Positions 7,273 to 16,162 of a stretch of 64,000 nucleotides of DNA are shown here, one piece after another. The position numbers and the translations under genes are program-made. The DNA is taken from positions 17,838 to 81,837 of the forward strand of contig NZ_CALHVN010000020.1 in assembly GCF_938039245.1 (NCBI RefSeq). Reading direction: 5' to 3'. The stretch is from an uncultured Campylobacter sp. (lineage in GTDB: Bacteria > Campylobacterota > Campylobacteria > Campylobacterales > Campylobacteraceae). A model generated the notes under the pieces. It ran no database searches and was not told where the DNA came from. It saw nothing but the letters and a program-made list of their open reading frames with translations. Each line of letters starts with the position of its first letter. The stretch's first letter is position 1.

Positions 7273-9627
7273 TTACAGCCGCACTATCTGCGCTCCAAAT
7301 CCTCCCTGCCCCGCCGGCGCGTCGAAAAACTCCTTCACGCTCGGGTGTTCGCGCAAGAAATTTTTGACCGCGTAGGCGAGCTTGCCCGTGCCGATGCCGT
7401 GATACACCTGCACCTCGTCAAAGCCCATCACTAGGCTATCTGAGATAAATTTATCCAGCTTTTGCACCGCTTCGTCCGCGCGCAAGCCGTGTAGATCGAG
7501 CGTGACGCTAGCGTTTTGCGGCTTTTGCACGCTTAGATTTATGCCTGATTTCTTCGCGGGTGCCGGCGTTTCGCCGCTGATTTTTAGCTGATTTATCGGC
7601 ACGCGCATGCTCACGTTATCCGTTTGTATCACGGCGTCATTTTTGCTAAGGCTTGCCACGATGCCCTTTATCTTGCCGTATTTTACGCGGTCGCCGACTT
7701 TTAGCTCGGGCGGGGCGGAGATTTCGGGCTTTTGCACGGCGCGTTTGGCCTCGTTTGCGCGGTTTAGGGCGCGCTGTTTTTCTTTGGTATCGTCTAGATT
7801 TATCGCCCGTCTAGCCTCGTTTATCGCCTTAAAATACTCCCGCTCCAGCCGCGTTATAACCTCGTGCTGCTCCGCCTCGGCGCGCTCTTTTTGCTCTTTT
7901 AAATTTTCGATGAGAGAGTCCAGTTTTTGCTCTTTTTTCTCAGCGCTTTCGAGCTTTTCTTTGAGCTGCACCTCTAAATTTAACGTCTTTGTGATGATTT
8001 CGTTTAGATTTTCTTTGTCTTCGCCGTAGATCTTTTTCGCCTGCGCGACCAAATTTGCCGCGATACCGTATCTAGCCGCGGTCTCAAAGGCGTATGATTT
8101 GCCGATCGTACCCTTTAAAAACTCAAATTTAGGCCGCGAGTTTTCCTCGTCGTATAGCGCCGCGACGAGCTCGACGTCCGGGTTTTTAGCTAGCAGCATC
8201 GCAAGGCGCTTGTGGTGGGTGGTGATGATCATCTTGATATCCTGTCCCATTAGCCGCTCGATCATCACGCCGTATAGACTCGCCGCCTCCTCAAAGTCCG
8301 TTCCAAGCTCGATCTCATCGACTCCGATGAGCAAATTTTTCTTCGTAAAGAGCTTAGAAAAATGCACCATACGCCCGGCAAAGGTCGAGATGTCGTTTTT
8401 CACGTTTTGCGGATCCTCGATGATGGCGTCAAATTCCTTGAAATTTCCGATCTGCGAATTTTGCGCGTTTATGCGCATCGGCAGCAGGTATTTGGCTAAA
8501 AACGCCGCAGCTATCAGCGATTTTAGCAGCATCGATTTACCGCCCGCGTTTACGCCGGTGATCAGTAGCACCTTTTTACTAAAGTCGATACTGATGCTTT
8601 TTGGATTTTTTAGCGCGGGATGGGCGAAATTTGCCAGCTTTAAATTTGATCCGCCGCTTGGCAGCACGAACTCCAGATCCGCGCTTTTAGCCGTAAAAAC
8701 TCGCGCGCAGTAGGCGTCAAATACGTCAAACGCGCCGTTTATAAATTTCAGAAACGGCAAGCCCTTGTGCATCGCGGAGCTAAAAATTTTGCAGTGCTCA
8801 TAGACGATCTGCTCTTTTTTATCCAGCAGCTCGCTTTGCTCTTTTTTGAGCTTTTGGATGTTTTCGGGCGCGACGTAGAAGTAGCCGCCCGAGCTTCTAG
8901 CCACAACCGTACCCTTTAGCACGTGGTTAAACCCGCCTCGCACGAGCAGCGCCTCGACCGAGCTGATGTAGTGCACCTGCGTATCGACGAGGTAGGGCGC
9001 GACGCTTTTTGAGTAGATGAGACGGCGTAGATCGGCGTCTATTTGCGCTCTTTTTGCGCTAAACGCGTCTTTTATACCGCTTAGACGCTCGTCTACTTCG
9101 TCTTTTAGTTCGCCGTTTTTATCAAATGAATTTGCGAGCTTTAGCATCGGCTGCGGGATTTCTATTTTAGCGAGCCACTCGCCTAGCTTGCCTTCAAATT
9201 TGAGCGTTTTTAGGTAGGTAAAGTAGCCAATTATCTTAGCAAACTCGAAAATCTCGCTCACGTGCAGCGTGGCTTGTTTGCTAAGGCGCATGAGCGCGTC
9301 GTCTAGGTTTTGAGCCGGTGTGGGCGGGTCAAACTGCTTTTGCGAGAGTTCTAAAATTTTCTCGTAGTGCAGCCTGCTGTCGCCCGCCATAAAAAGCGGC
9401 TTAGGGCGCGCTAAAAAGGAGTTAAACCTCTCCATATAGCCTTGCAGGTCTAAAATTTTTATAAGCCGCTCAAAGCCTTCCGCATTTGTAAATTCTTTTT
9501 GCTCGCGGTGTGCCGCAGCGTCCGAAACATCGCCGTTTCTTTGCTCGCGCGAGACGTTATTTTCTCGCCCGCTTGCTTCCCAAGCGCCGCTTTTAGTCAA
9601 ATTTTGATTATCTTTAAAATTTCGCAA
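7273..9627 (-). CDS. mutS2: Endonuclease MutS2
   Basis: Walker A TGVNAGGKS, DEIELGTD, TTHH, C-terminal Smr domain (LDLHG..HGIGTG). The start is uncertain because of a ~50-aa extension. Confidence 0.92.
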   Translation of the reverse strand: MRNFKDNQNLTKSGAWEASGRENNVSREQRNGDVSDAAAHREQKEFTNAEGFERLIKILDLQGYMERFNSFLARPKPLFMAGDSRLHYEKILELSQKQFDPPTPAQNLDDALMRLSKQATLHVSEIFEFAKIIGYFTYLKTLKFEGKLGEWLAKIEIPQPMLKLANSFDKNGELKDEVDERLSGIKDAFSAKRAQIDADLRRLIYSKSVAPYLVDTQVHYISSVEALLVRGGFNHVLKGTVVARSSGGYFYVAPENIQKLKKEQSELLDKKEQIVYEHCKIFSSAMHKGLPFLKFINGAFDVFDAYCARVFTAKSADLEFVLPSGGSNLKLANFAHPALKNPKSISIDFSKKVLLITGVNAGGKSMLLKSLIAAAFLAKYLLPMRINAQNSQIGNFKEFDAIIEDPQNVKNDISTFAGRMVHFSKLFTKKNLLIGVDEIELGTDFEEAASLYGVMIERLMGQDIKMIITTHHKRLAMLLAKNPDVELVAALYDEENSRPKFEFLKGTIGKSYAFETAARYGIAANLVAQAKKIYGEDKENLNEIITKTLNLEVQLKEKLESAEKKEQKLDSLIENLKEQKERAEAEQHEVITRLEREYFKAINEARRAINLDDTKEKQRALNRANEAKRAVQKPEISAPPELKVGDRVKYGKIKGIVASLSKNDAVIQTDNVSMRVPINQLKISGETPAPAKKSGINLSVQKPQNASVTLDLHGLRADEAVQKLDKFISDSLVMGFDEVQVYHGIGTGKLAYAVKNFLREHPSVKEFFDAPAGQGGFGAQIVRL

Positions 9628-9975
9628 TTATTCGCCTTTAAATTTGCAGCCATCAAGCGCGATCTTGACGCTGTTTAGTTCCTTTGCCGCGCGTTTTGCG
9701 ACGAAGGAGGACGTGCCGAACTCATAGTTAAATTTAGTGTTATTTACGTCGAAATTCCCGCATTTTAGTGTTTTGCCTTGATTAAAAAGCGCGACTAGCT
9801 CCAGCCTTTTGCCCTGCTCGCTTTCCAGTCTAGTCTCGTAAAAATACAGCGCCGCCGCGACAAAAATCACCGAAAAAGTGATGATAAATTTAGCCTTTTT
9901 GCTTAGCTTCTCGTCGCTCACGCTAAATATCGCGATCGCGGCAAGCACGCCTAAAAGTACGATTATGACCCTCAT
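9628..9975 (-). CDS. Membrane protein, two N-terminal TM helices
   Basis: Fits exactly between murC and mutS2; hydrophobic N-terminus. Confidence 0.75.
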   Translation of the reverse strand: MRVIIVLLGVLAAIAIFSVSDEKLSKKAKFIITFSVIFVAAALYFYETRLESEQGKRLELVALFNQGKTLKCGNFDVNNTKFNYEFGTSSFVAKRAAKELNSVKIALDGCKFKGE

Positions 9976-11435
9976 GCGTCGCCTCGCAGCTGATATGTGA
10001 TGTCGCCCGCGCCAAAGCCGATCACCAGGCCGTCATCAAGCAGGTTTTTTACGCCAAACTCGTCCGTAAAAGAAATCCCCTCGCCCTCGCGCGCGACTTT
10101 TTGCGTCATCACGGGATTGTAGCGTTTAAACTCCTCTTTTAAATTTATATCTATCGGCGTCTCGCCAGCAGCGTAAACGGGCAAGATAACAAGCTCGTCT
10201 ATGCCCTCAAAACACTCCTTAAAGGCCTCTAAATTTGCGCTCAGACGCGTAAATCTATGCGGCTGAAAGATCGCCGTGATCTTAGTGATGCCTAGTAGTT
10301 TGGCGTACTCAAAGACCGATTGTAGCGTAGCCTTGATCTCGGTCGGATGGTGCGCGTAGTCGTCTATAAGTACGAATTTCCTGCTTGCGGTTAGGATATC
10401 GAAGCGCTTTTTGATACCTTTAAAATTTAGCAAATTTTGTCTAATTTGCGCCAGAGAGGTTTCATTTAGCGCGGCTAAGATAGCAAGCGACGCGTCCACG
10501 GCGATATGCTCGCCCATGCCAAGCACTTCAAATTTGCCTAAATTTTTTAGATTAAACGCGGTATAAGGTACGAAATCGCGCACGATCATGCTAAGCTCGG
10601 TGATATCGACGCTCGGATAAAGGCGCACGGCATCAAGCTTTAGCGTACCCAAAAACTCGTCCTCGGCGTTTATCACGCGCACCTTGGCTCGCTCCAAAAA
10701 GCCTCGATACGCCGCGTGAAATTTCTCCAAATCATAGCCGTAATGCTCCATATGCTCGGGCTCAGCGTTAGTCACGACGGCTAGATACGGGTTTGAGTTG
10801 AGAAAACTACTATCGCTCTCGTCGGCTTCGAAAATGACGTTGTCGCAAGGCTCGTATTTCATATTTGAGCCAAACTGCTTACTGATCGCGCCGATGATGA
10901 CCGAGCCCTCCACGAGGCTAGAGAGCATCGCCGAGGTCGTGCTTTTGCCGTGCGCGCCCGCCACCGAAAACACGCGCTTGCCTTCAAGCACCATCGGTAG
11001 AGCCTCTTTGCGCGATAGGCACTGCAAGCCTTTACTTCGCGCTTCGACAAGCTCGATGTTATCGGGTTTTATCGCCGCCGAGTAGATGACGAAGTCCTGA
11101 TCCCTGATCGCGGCCTTGCTGTGCGGCGTGATGACGTCGATGCCCTGCGCTGCTAGCTCGCGCGTAGTCGGGCTTTCTTTGATGTCGCTACCGCTGATGA
11201 TGAATCCCTTTTCGTGCAAAAAACGCGCGATCGCCGAGATACCGATACCGCCGATACCGATGAAATGGACCTTTTTACGCTTCTTTGCGCGCCTTATTTC
11301 ATCCACGCTATCTGCTTGCGCGCTTAAATTTGACTGCGCTAAATTTTCGCGACCGAAATTTGACGCCCCGCCCGCTTCTACCGTACGGTGAAGCCCGCTT
11401 GCTTGGTTTAAATTTCCTTGTTTTAAATTTTCCAC
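9972..11435 (-). CDS. murC: UDP-N-acetylmuramate--L-alanine ligase
   Basis: HFIGIGGIGIS, GAHGKSTT, EADESD, DDYAHHPTE, FQPHR motifs; ~50-aa N-terminal extension. Confidence 0.95.
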   Translation of the reverse strand: MENLKQGNLNQASGLHRTVEAGGASNFGRENLAQSNLSAQADSVDEIRRAKKRKKVHFIGIGGIGISAIARFLHEKGFIISGSDIKESPTTRELAAQGIDVITPHSKAAIRDQDFVIYSAAIKPDNIELVEARSKGLQCLSRKEALPMVLEGKRVFSVAGAHGKSTTSAMLSSLVEGSVIIGAISKQFGSNMKYEPCDNVIFEADESDSSFLNSNPYLAVVTNAEPEHMEHYGYDLEKFHAAYRGFLERAKVRVINAEDEFLGTLKLDAVRLYPSVDITELSMIVRDFVPYTAFNLKNLGKFEVLGMGEHIAVDASLAILAALNETSLAQIRQNLLNFKGIKKRFDILTASRKFVLIDDYAHHPTEIKATLQSVFEYAKLLGITKITAIFQPHRFTRLSANLEAFKECFEGIDELVILPVYAAGETPIDINLKEEFKRYNPVMTQKVAREGEGISFTDEFGVKNLLDDGLVIGFGAGDITYQLRGDA

Positions 11436-11793
11436 TTGTTTTCCTTATCGGTTCCTAAAATACCAAATCCCGCGCCCCAAGTCTGCGGCTCTAGGTTTAT
11501 TTTACCCGCAAACGGCATATCTTTTAGCGCCTTGATGCTTGCCGTTACGCTTAAAGTTCGCGTGATTTTTCTTTAAATTTATTAGCCCGATTTTAGCGAA
11601 AATGAAATATCAAGACGCTGAAAAGGCGAAATTTACACGAGTTAGCCGTTTAAAATCGGCAAAGTACTAACCGCCCAAATTTGGCGCAAAGGGTTTTGCG
11701 TTAAATTTAGCTCCGAATTTAGCCGTTTTCTAGCAAGCCTGGCTCGCCAAAATCATCAAAAGCGCTTAGCTAAAACAGGCTCTTTTAGGCATT

Positions 11794-12168
11794 TTACCGT
11801 GTCAGCTCAAAGCTAAGGTCAATCAGATCCTCTACCTGCCCCGGCGCGATTTTGGAGCTTAAATTTACGCTGATCCAGTGCTTTTTATTCATATGGTAGG
11901 CGGGCAAAATTTGCTCCCCGTCGCGCAGAATAGCCGCGAGATCTGGCTTGCATTTTAGATTTAGGACTTCTAACGCCTGCGCGCTTTTAAGCCCCAGTTT
12001 GCCGCCGTCCACGCGCATAAAAACGGCGAACCATTTTTGATTTTTCGCATGGCGAAATACGGCGATTTCGGGGTGCTTGTCAAATATCCGATCGCCCTGC
12101 GCGCCGAATTTCTCCTCGATATAGCTAAAAATCCGCTTGCGTGCGGGCATCATCTGCCTCCTTTGCAA
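11794..12168 (-). CDS. MmcQ/YjbR family protein
   Basis: KWFA..NLKC.P..LR..ILPAYHMNKKHWIS signature. Confidence 0.88.
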   Translation of the reverse strand: MQRRQMMPARKRIFSYIEEKFGAQGDRIFDKHPEIAVFRHAKNQKWFAVFMRVDGGKLGLKSAQALEVLNLKCKPDLAAILRDGEQILPAYHMNKKHWISVNLSSKIAPGQVEDLIDLSFELTR

Positions 12169-12752
12169 AAGCAGGCGTCCAGATGATCGTCCACTACGCC
12201 AGCGCTTTGCAAAAACGCATAGACGCTCGTGGGCCCCAGAAATTTAAACCCGCGCTTTTTCATTTCTTTTGCGATAAACTCCGCAAGCGGCGTAGTAGCG
12301 GGGATCTGCTTTATGTTTTCGTAGTGATTTACGATGGGCTTGCCGTCAAATTTTGGATCAAATTTAGGCAAAAGATAGCCCCAAAGATAATCGTAAAAGC
12401 TGCCAAACTCGCTCACGACTGCGAGAAATGCGCGGGCGTTTGCGGCAAGCGAGTTTAGCTTTAGGCGGTTTCTGATGAGTGCCGGATTTTGCATAAACTT
12501 TGCCGTCTGCTCCTCGCCATAGAGCGAAATTTTATGCGCGTCAAATCCGTCAAACGCCGCTCGCATCGCCTCGCGCTTAAGCAGCACGGCATGCCACGAG
12601 ATGCCCGCCTGAAAGCCCTCCAAAATTATGAGCTCGAAAAATTTCGCATCGTCTTTTATGAGCCTGCCCCACTCCCGGTCGTGATATACGCGCTCTAGCT
12701 CGCTTTTCTCCGCCCAGTCGCAGCGGATTTTGGTTTTTTGAGTATTTTGCAA
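12150..12752 (-). CDS. tag: DNA-3-methyladenine glycosylase I
   Basis: RCDW..YHDREWG, LEGFQAGISW, IRNRLK, GFKFLGPT, DH...C. Confidence 0.93.
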   Translation of the reverse strand: MQNTQKTKIRCDWAEKSELERVYHDREWGRLIKDDAKFFELIILEGFQAGISWHAVLLKREAMRAAFDGFDAHKISLYGEEQTAKFMQNPALIRNRLKLNSLAANARAFLAVVSEFGSFYDYLWGYLLPKFDPKFDGKPIVNHYENIKQIPATTPLAEFIAKEMKKRGFKFLGPTSVYAFLQSAGVVDDHLDACFCKGGR

Positions 12753-12825
12753 AATTTAAGCCTTTAGATAAATTTTAGAGATTGTAGCGAAATTTGGGTT
12801 AAGCAAAGGCTTTTGGCGATTAAAT

Positions 12826-13401
12826 TTACTCCGCTTCGGCTCTTGGAAATTTGACGCTAATCCACGCAAAAAGCAGCGCGCTTGCGGTAAATAAACCAAA
12901 AAGCACGTTTGCAAGAGGCATAAATTTAACGGCGGGAGCGATGAGCGTCGGGGCTAAAACCTCCAGCATGCCGTAGAGAAAATTTGCGGCGATATCGATG
13001 CTAAGCATCCACGCATAAACCCTAAAAAGCACGCAATCAAGCACGTTTGCGAGCTTGAAATTTATAACGACCCAAGCGATCGACGCGGCAAATACGCTAA
13101 GCGGGATGATGAAGTTAGTGATCAAACCAAGTAAATCTTTATCAAACACATAAAGAGCGACGGAGCATAAAATCATGGCTAAAAAGCCGTTATAAGCGTA
13201 CTTAAAAATCCTAAAAACGTTTTGTCCGAATGCCTCCTCGATGCAAACTAGCGCATAGTGAAAAAACGTCAGCGCAAGTAGTAGCGAGAGCAAACGCACG
13301 ATCCAGACGGCCTCGCCTGCGAGATATGCCGCGCTCATAGCCACCGTGCAGACTGCGCCCATGATGCCTTGCAACTTTGCTTTACCCAGATTTTTATCCA
13401 A
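12826..13401 (-). CDS. Integral membrane protein, unknown function
   Basis: 191 aa with about six hydrophobic segments. Confidence 0.7.
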   Translation of the reverse strand: MDKNLGKAKLQGIMGAVCTVAMSAAYLAGEAVWIVRLLSLLLALTFFHYALVCIEEAFGQNVFRIFKYAYNGFLAMILCSVALYVFDKDLLGLITNFIIPLSVFAASIAWVVINFKLANVLDCVLFRVYAWMLSIDIAANFLYGMLEVLAPTLIAPAVKFMPLANVLFGLFTASALLFAWISVKFPRAEAE

Positions 13402-13629
13402 CTTCGCCCCTTTTGCTGATATAAATTTTAGCTCTAAGTATATACAAATCTATTTTAAACTGATATTAAATTTACGGGGCAAAATTCGGGTTTGGGCCGG
13501 ATTTGGATTTGAGCTTAAATTTAATCTGAAATTTAGCGGCGTCGCATGCAAAAGCCTCTAGCTCCCAAATCGCTGCCCTAGCTAAAACGGCCGCGGTTAG
13601 TAACCGCTAGATAAAAGCGCGAATTTAAC

Positions 13630-14240
13630 CCGAGATAGAACGCATATATCGTCTCGGAGCAAAGTTTTTCGGCTTAAACTTGCTAGAAACGCAAAAAGCT
13701 CTCGTTTCATCTAGTCCCCTCCGTGCAGCGCTCTTTGTAGAGACAACAAATCGCCGTTTCATAGCAAGCAAGGCGAGGTTAAGGGGGGGGGTGACGCGGT
13801 CTTGCTCGCGTAAAAGCGTCATTTTTTGGTAGAGTAAATCTTATAAATTTGACTTCAAATTTAAAAGTACCGCAAGCCGAATTTTCAAATTTAACTTTAA
13901 ATTCGACCTGCGATTAAAATAAAATTTGCAAGTATTTCGAGGCGATTTTTGGGGTTTTTGCTTCACAAGCTCGCAGCTGTAAGCAGAAGAAGTTAAAATT
14001 CGTTTCTTGTAAAGCAGTAAGCAAGGCATGGTTGAAAAGCGCTCAAAAAATGCAAATTTAAAACGAATTATCGCGAGATGATTTTAAATGTTTTCTACGT
14101 CGCTACGCTCGTAGCTAAATAGAAGAAAATTTCGCCCCAAGGCTAGACCTCTGCTTGCAGTTGCAAGCAAAGAGAAGATAGTCTGTCGCAGGGCGAAATT
14201 TACGAAATCATTTAAAAGTGCTCGCGAGAACTTCGTTTTA
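13630..14240. repeat. Cluster of hairpin elements (about 13630-13830, 13925-14056, 14059-14240)
   Basis: TAAAACGAA..TCGCGAG / CTCGCGA..TTCGTTTTA closes 14059-14240; TTTGCA/TGCAAA closes 13925-14056; internal modules are shared with 44349-44472 and 48866-48891. Confidence 0.7.
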
Positions 14241-14244
14241 CGAT

Positions 14245-15801
14245 TTAGCCTATATTCTCTCCGGCTATCATACCAAACGTTAAGCAATCAGCTATCGCCA
14301 CGCTACCTAAGCGGCTAGCTCCGTGTACGCCGCCCGTGATCTCGCCTGCTGCAAATAATCTTGGGATCGGCATCTCTGTTTGTAGAGAGATGACCTGGGC
14401 TTTGGTATTGATATCGATACCGCCCATAGTGTGGTGGAGTTTTGGCGTACCGCGCATAGCGTAGAAAGGAGCTTTAGAGATATCTACGCCGTTTGTAGTG
14501 GTTTTATCCATAGGTTTGCCAAAGTCCTCGTCTTTACCTGATTTAACGAAGCTATTGTATCTCTCGACTGTCTTTTTTAGCTCTGCGGCAGGGATTTTGT
14601 AAGCCGCCGCTAGTTCGTCTAGGGTTTCAAATTTCTTTAGTACGCCTGATTCCAGCGGTTTAGTGTAGTGCTCAGGTATGACCATATTTTTTACGCCCTC
14701 GCTATCGCAGAAGTTGATCGGATAGATATCTGCTTTTGCGTCGATTACTTTAAACATAGCTTGAGAGCGGGTGCGGCGGTCCGCTAGCTCGTTCATATAG
14801 CGTTTGCCGGTTCTTGGATCGACTGAAATTCCGTAGCGGAAGCTTCCGTTTACGTTAAACATAGAGCCAACGCCAAAGCCTTTTTCATCAGGGCATGCCC
14901 ATGGACCAAACTGTATCCAGCTTAGCTGCACTGGAGTTGCGCCGATCCTAAACGCCTCTTTCATAGCGCCTGCGGTTGCGCCCGGGTGGTTGGTGCTATC
15001 TGTGCTAGGTAGGATAGATGGATCTTGGACCTGTCTAAAGAATACGTCGCGGCAAAATCCGCCTGCTGCTAGTACTACGCCTTTTTTAGCTTTTATAGTC
15101 TTTTTAGTTCCGGTAGTGTTTTCGGCGTCGTCTTTTTGGCTCTTTGGATCAAATTTATAATCCTCTCTGATGATCACGCCGTCTACGCCGCCATCTTCGC
15201 CTAGGACGAATTCGTCAAATTTAGCTCTTTGTCTTAGCTCGCAGCCTTGTAGGTTTTTAAAGTATTCTACCATCGGCTGAACGATACCAGATCCCGAGCC
15301 GTTAGCGGTTTGAAGCGATCTAGGTACGCTGTGTCCGCCTGCGTGAGTAACTTTATCTATGTATTTAGCGCCGCATTTTAGAGTTAGTTTATATGCATCC
15401 TGCGCGCGAGTAGCGATGGTGTCGATGAGATCTACGTGGTTTAGGCCGCGGCCGGCTTTTAGGCAGTCTTTGATAAATAGCTCGTTGCTATCTTTGATGC
15501 CTTCGGCTTTTTGTTTGTCGCTATTTGGAACGGCAAATATGCCGCCGTTAATAACGGAGTTACCGCCGACGCGTCCCATCTTTTCTAGGATTAGGACTTT
15601 ATTGCCTTTTTCAGCTGCGGTGATACCGGCTGCAAGTCCTGCAAAACCGGAACCAACGATAACTACGTCCCACTCTTCGTCAAATTTGACGTCTTTAGAG
15701 TTTACGGCTGCTTGCGCATTTACTCCGCCTAGAGCTAAAGCTCCGGCACCTACCATACTTAACTTAACAAAATCTCTTCTTGAAACGTTTGAGTTTTTCA
15801 T
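14245..15801 (-). CDS. Tat-exported flavocytochrome c flavoprotein subunit (fumarate reductase/FccA/UrdA family)
   Basis: SRRDFVK Tat motif, VGSGFAG FAD-binding motif, LAAGGF, HHTMGG, GEITGGVHGASRLG. Confidence 0.88.
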   Translation of the reverse strand: MKNSNVSRRDFVKLSMVGAGALALGGVNAQAAVNSKDVKFDEEWDVVIVGSGFAGLAAGITAAEKGNKVLILEKMGRVGGNSVINGGIFAVPNSDKQKAEGIKDSNELFIKDCLKAGRGLNHVDLIDTIATRAQDAYKLTLKCGAKYIDKVTHAGGHSVPRSLQTANGSGSGIVQPMVEYFKNLQGCELRQRAKFDEFVLGEDGGVDGVIIREDYKFDPKSQKDDAENTTGTKKTIKAKKGVVLAAGGFCRDVFFRQVQDPSILPSTDSTNHPGATAGAMKEAFRIGATPVQLSWIQFGPWACPDEKGFGVGSMFNVNGSFRYGISVDPRTGKRYMNELADRRTRSQAMFKVIDAKADIYPINFCDSEGVKNMVIPEHYTKPLESGVLKKFETLDELAAAYKIPAAELKKTVERYNSFVKSGKDEDFGKPMDKTTTNGVDISKAPFYAMRGTPKLHHTMGGIDINTKAQVISLQTEMPIPRLFAAGEITGGVHGASRLGSVAIADCLTFGMIAGENIG

Positions 15802-16109
15802 AGCTTCTCCTTAAATTTACTTAGCTATTACCTGTAAATCTTTAATTTACGACTCTACTCTAAATACCTTTATTACTATTGGCGTCTTTGGCGTCCTCCT
15901 TGGATTAAATTTTAATCATATAGTATGATTATATAACTTAGTTTTAAAATATAAGCTTAAATGAAGAAATAATTTATATTTTATTTGCTTGAATTTTGCT
16001 GAACATCTAAGATGCTCACGGTATTATAAATCGCTATTTAAAACAAGCTTTGATTTAAGGTAATGTTTATGGCTGTATATATTTTCGGACCTGCTAAGTA
16101 GATTAAATT

Positions 16110-16143
16110 AAAAGAAAAGACCCCGAGCAAAGGTCGCTCGGGG
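16110..16143 (-). terminator. Rho-independent terminator of the S-layer-like gene
   Basis: CCCCGAGC/GCTCGGGG stem (16121-16143) followed by TCTTTTCTTTT on the - strand. Confidence 0.75.
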
Positions 16144-16162
16144 AATGGGGATAAAAACTATA

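Noticed and set aside
13783..13791. G9 tract as a phase-variation switch
   Set aside because: It is intergenic, within a hairpin element (CCCCTCC nearby), and not in an ORF or evident promoter.
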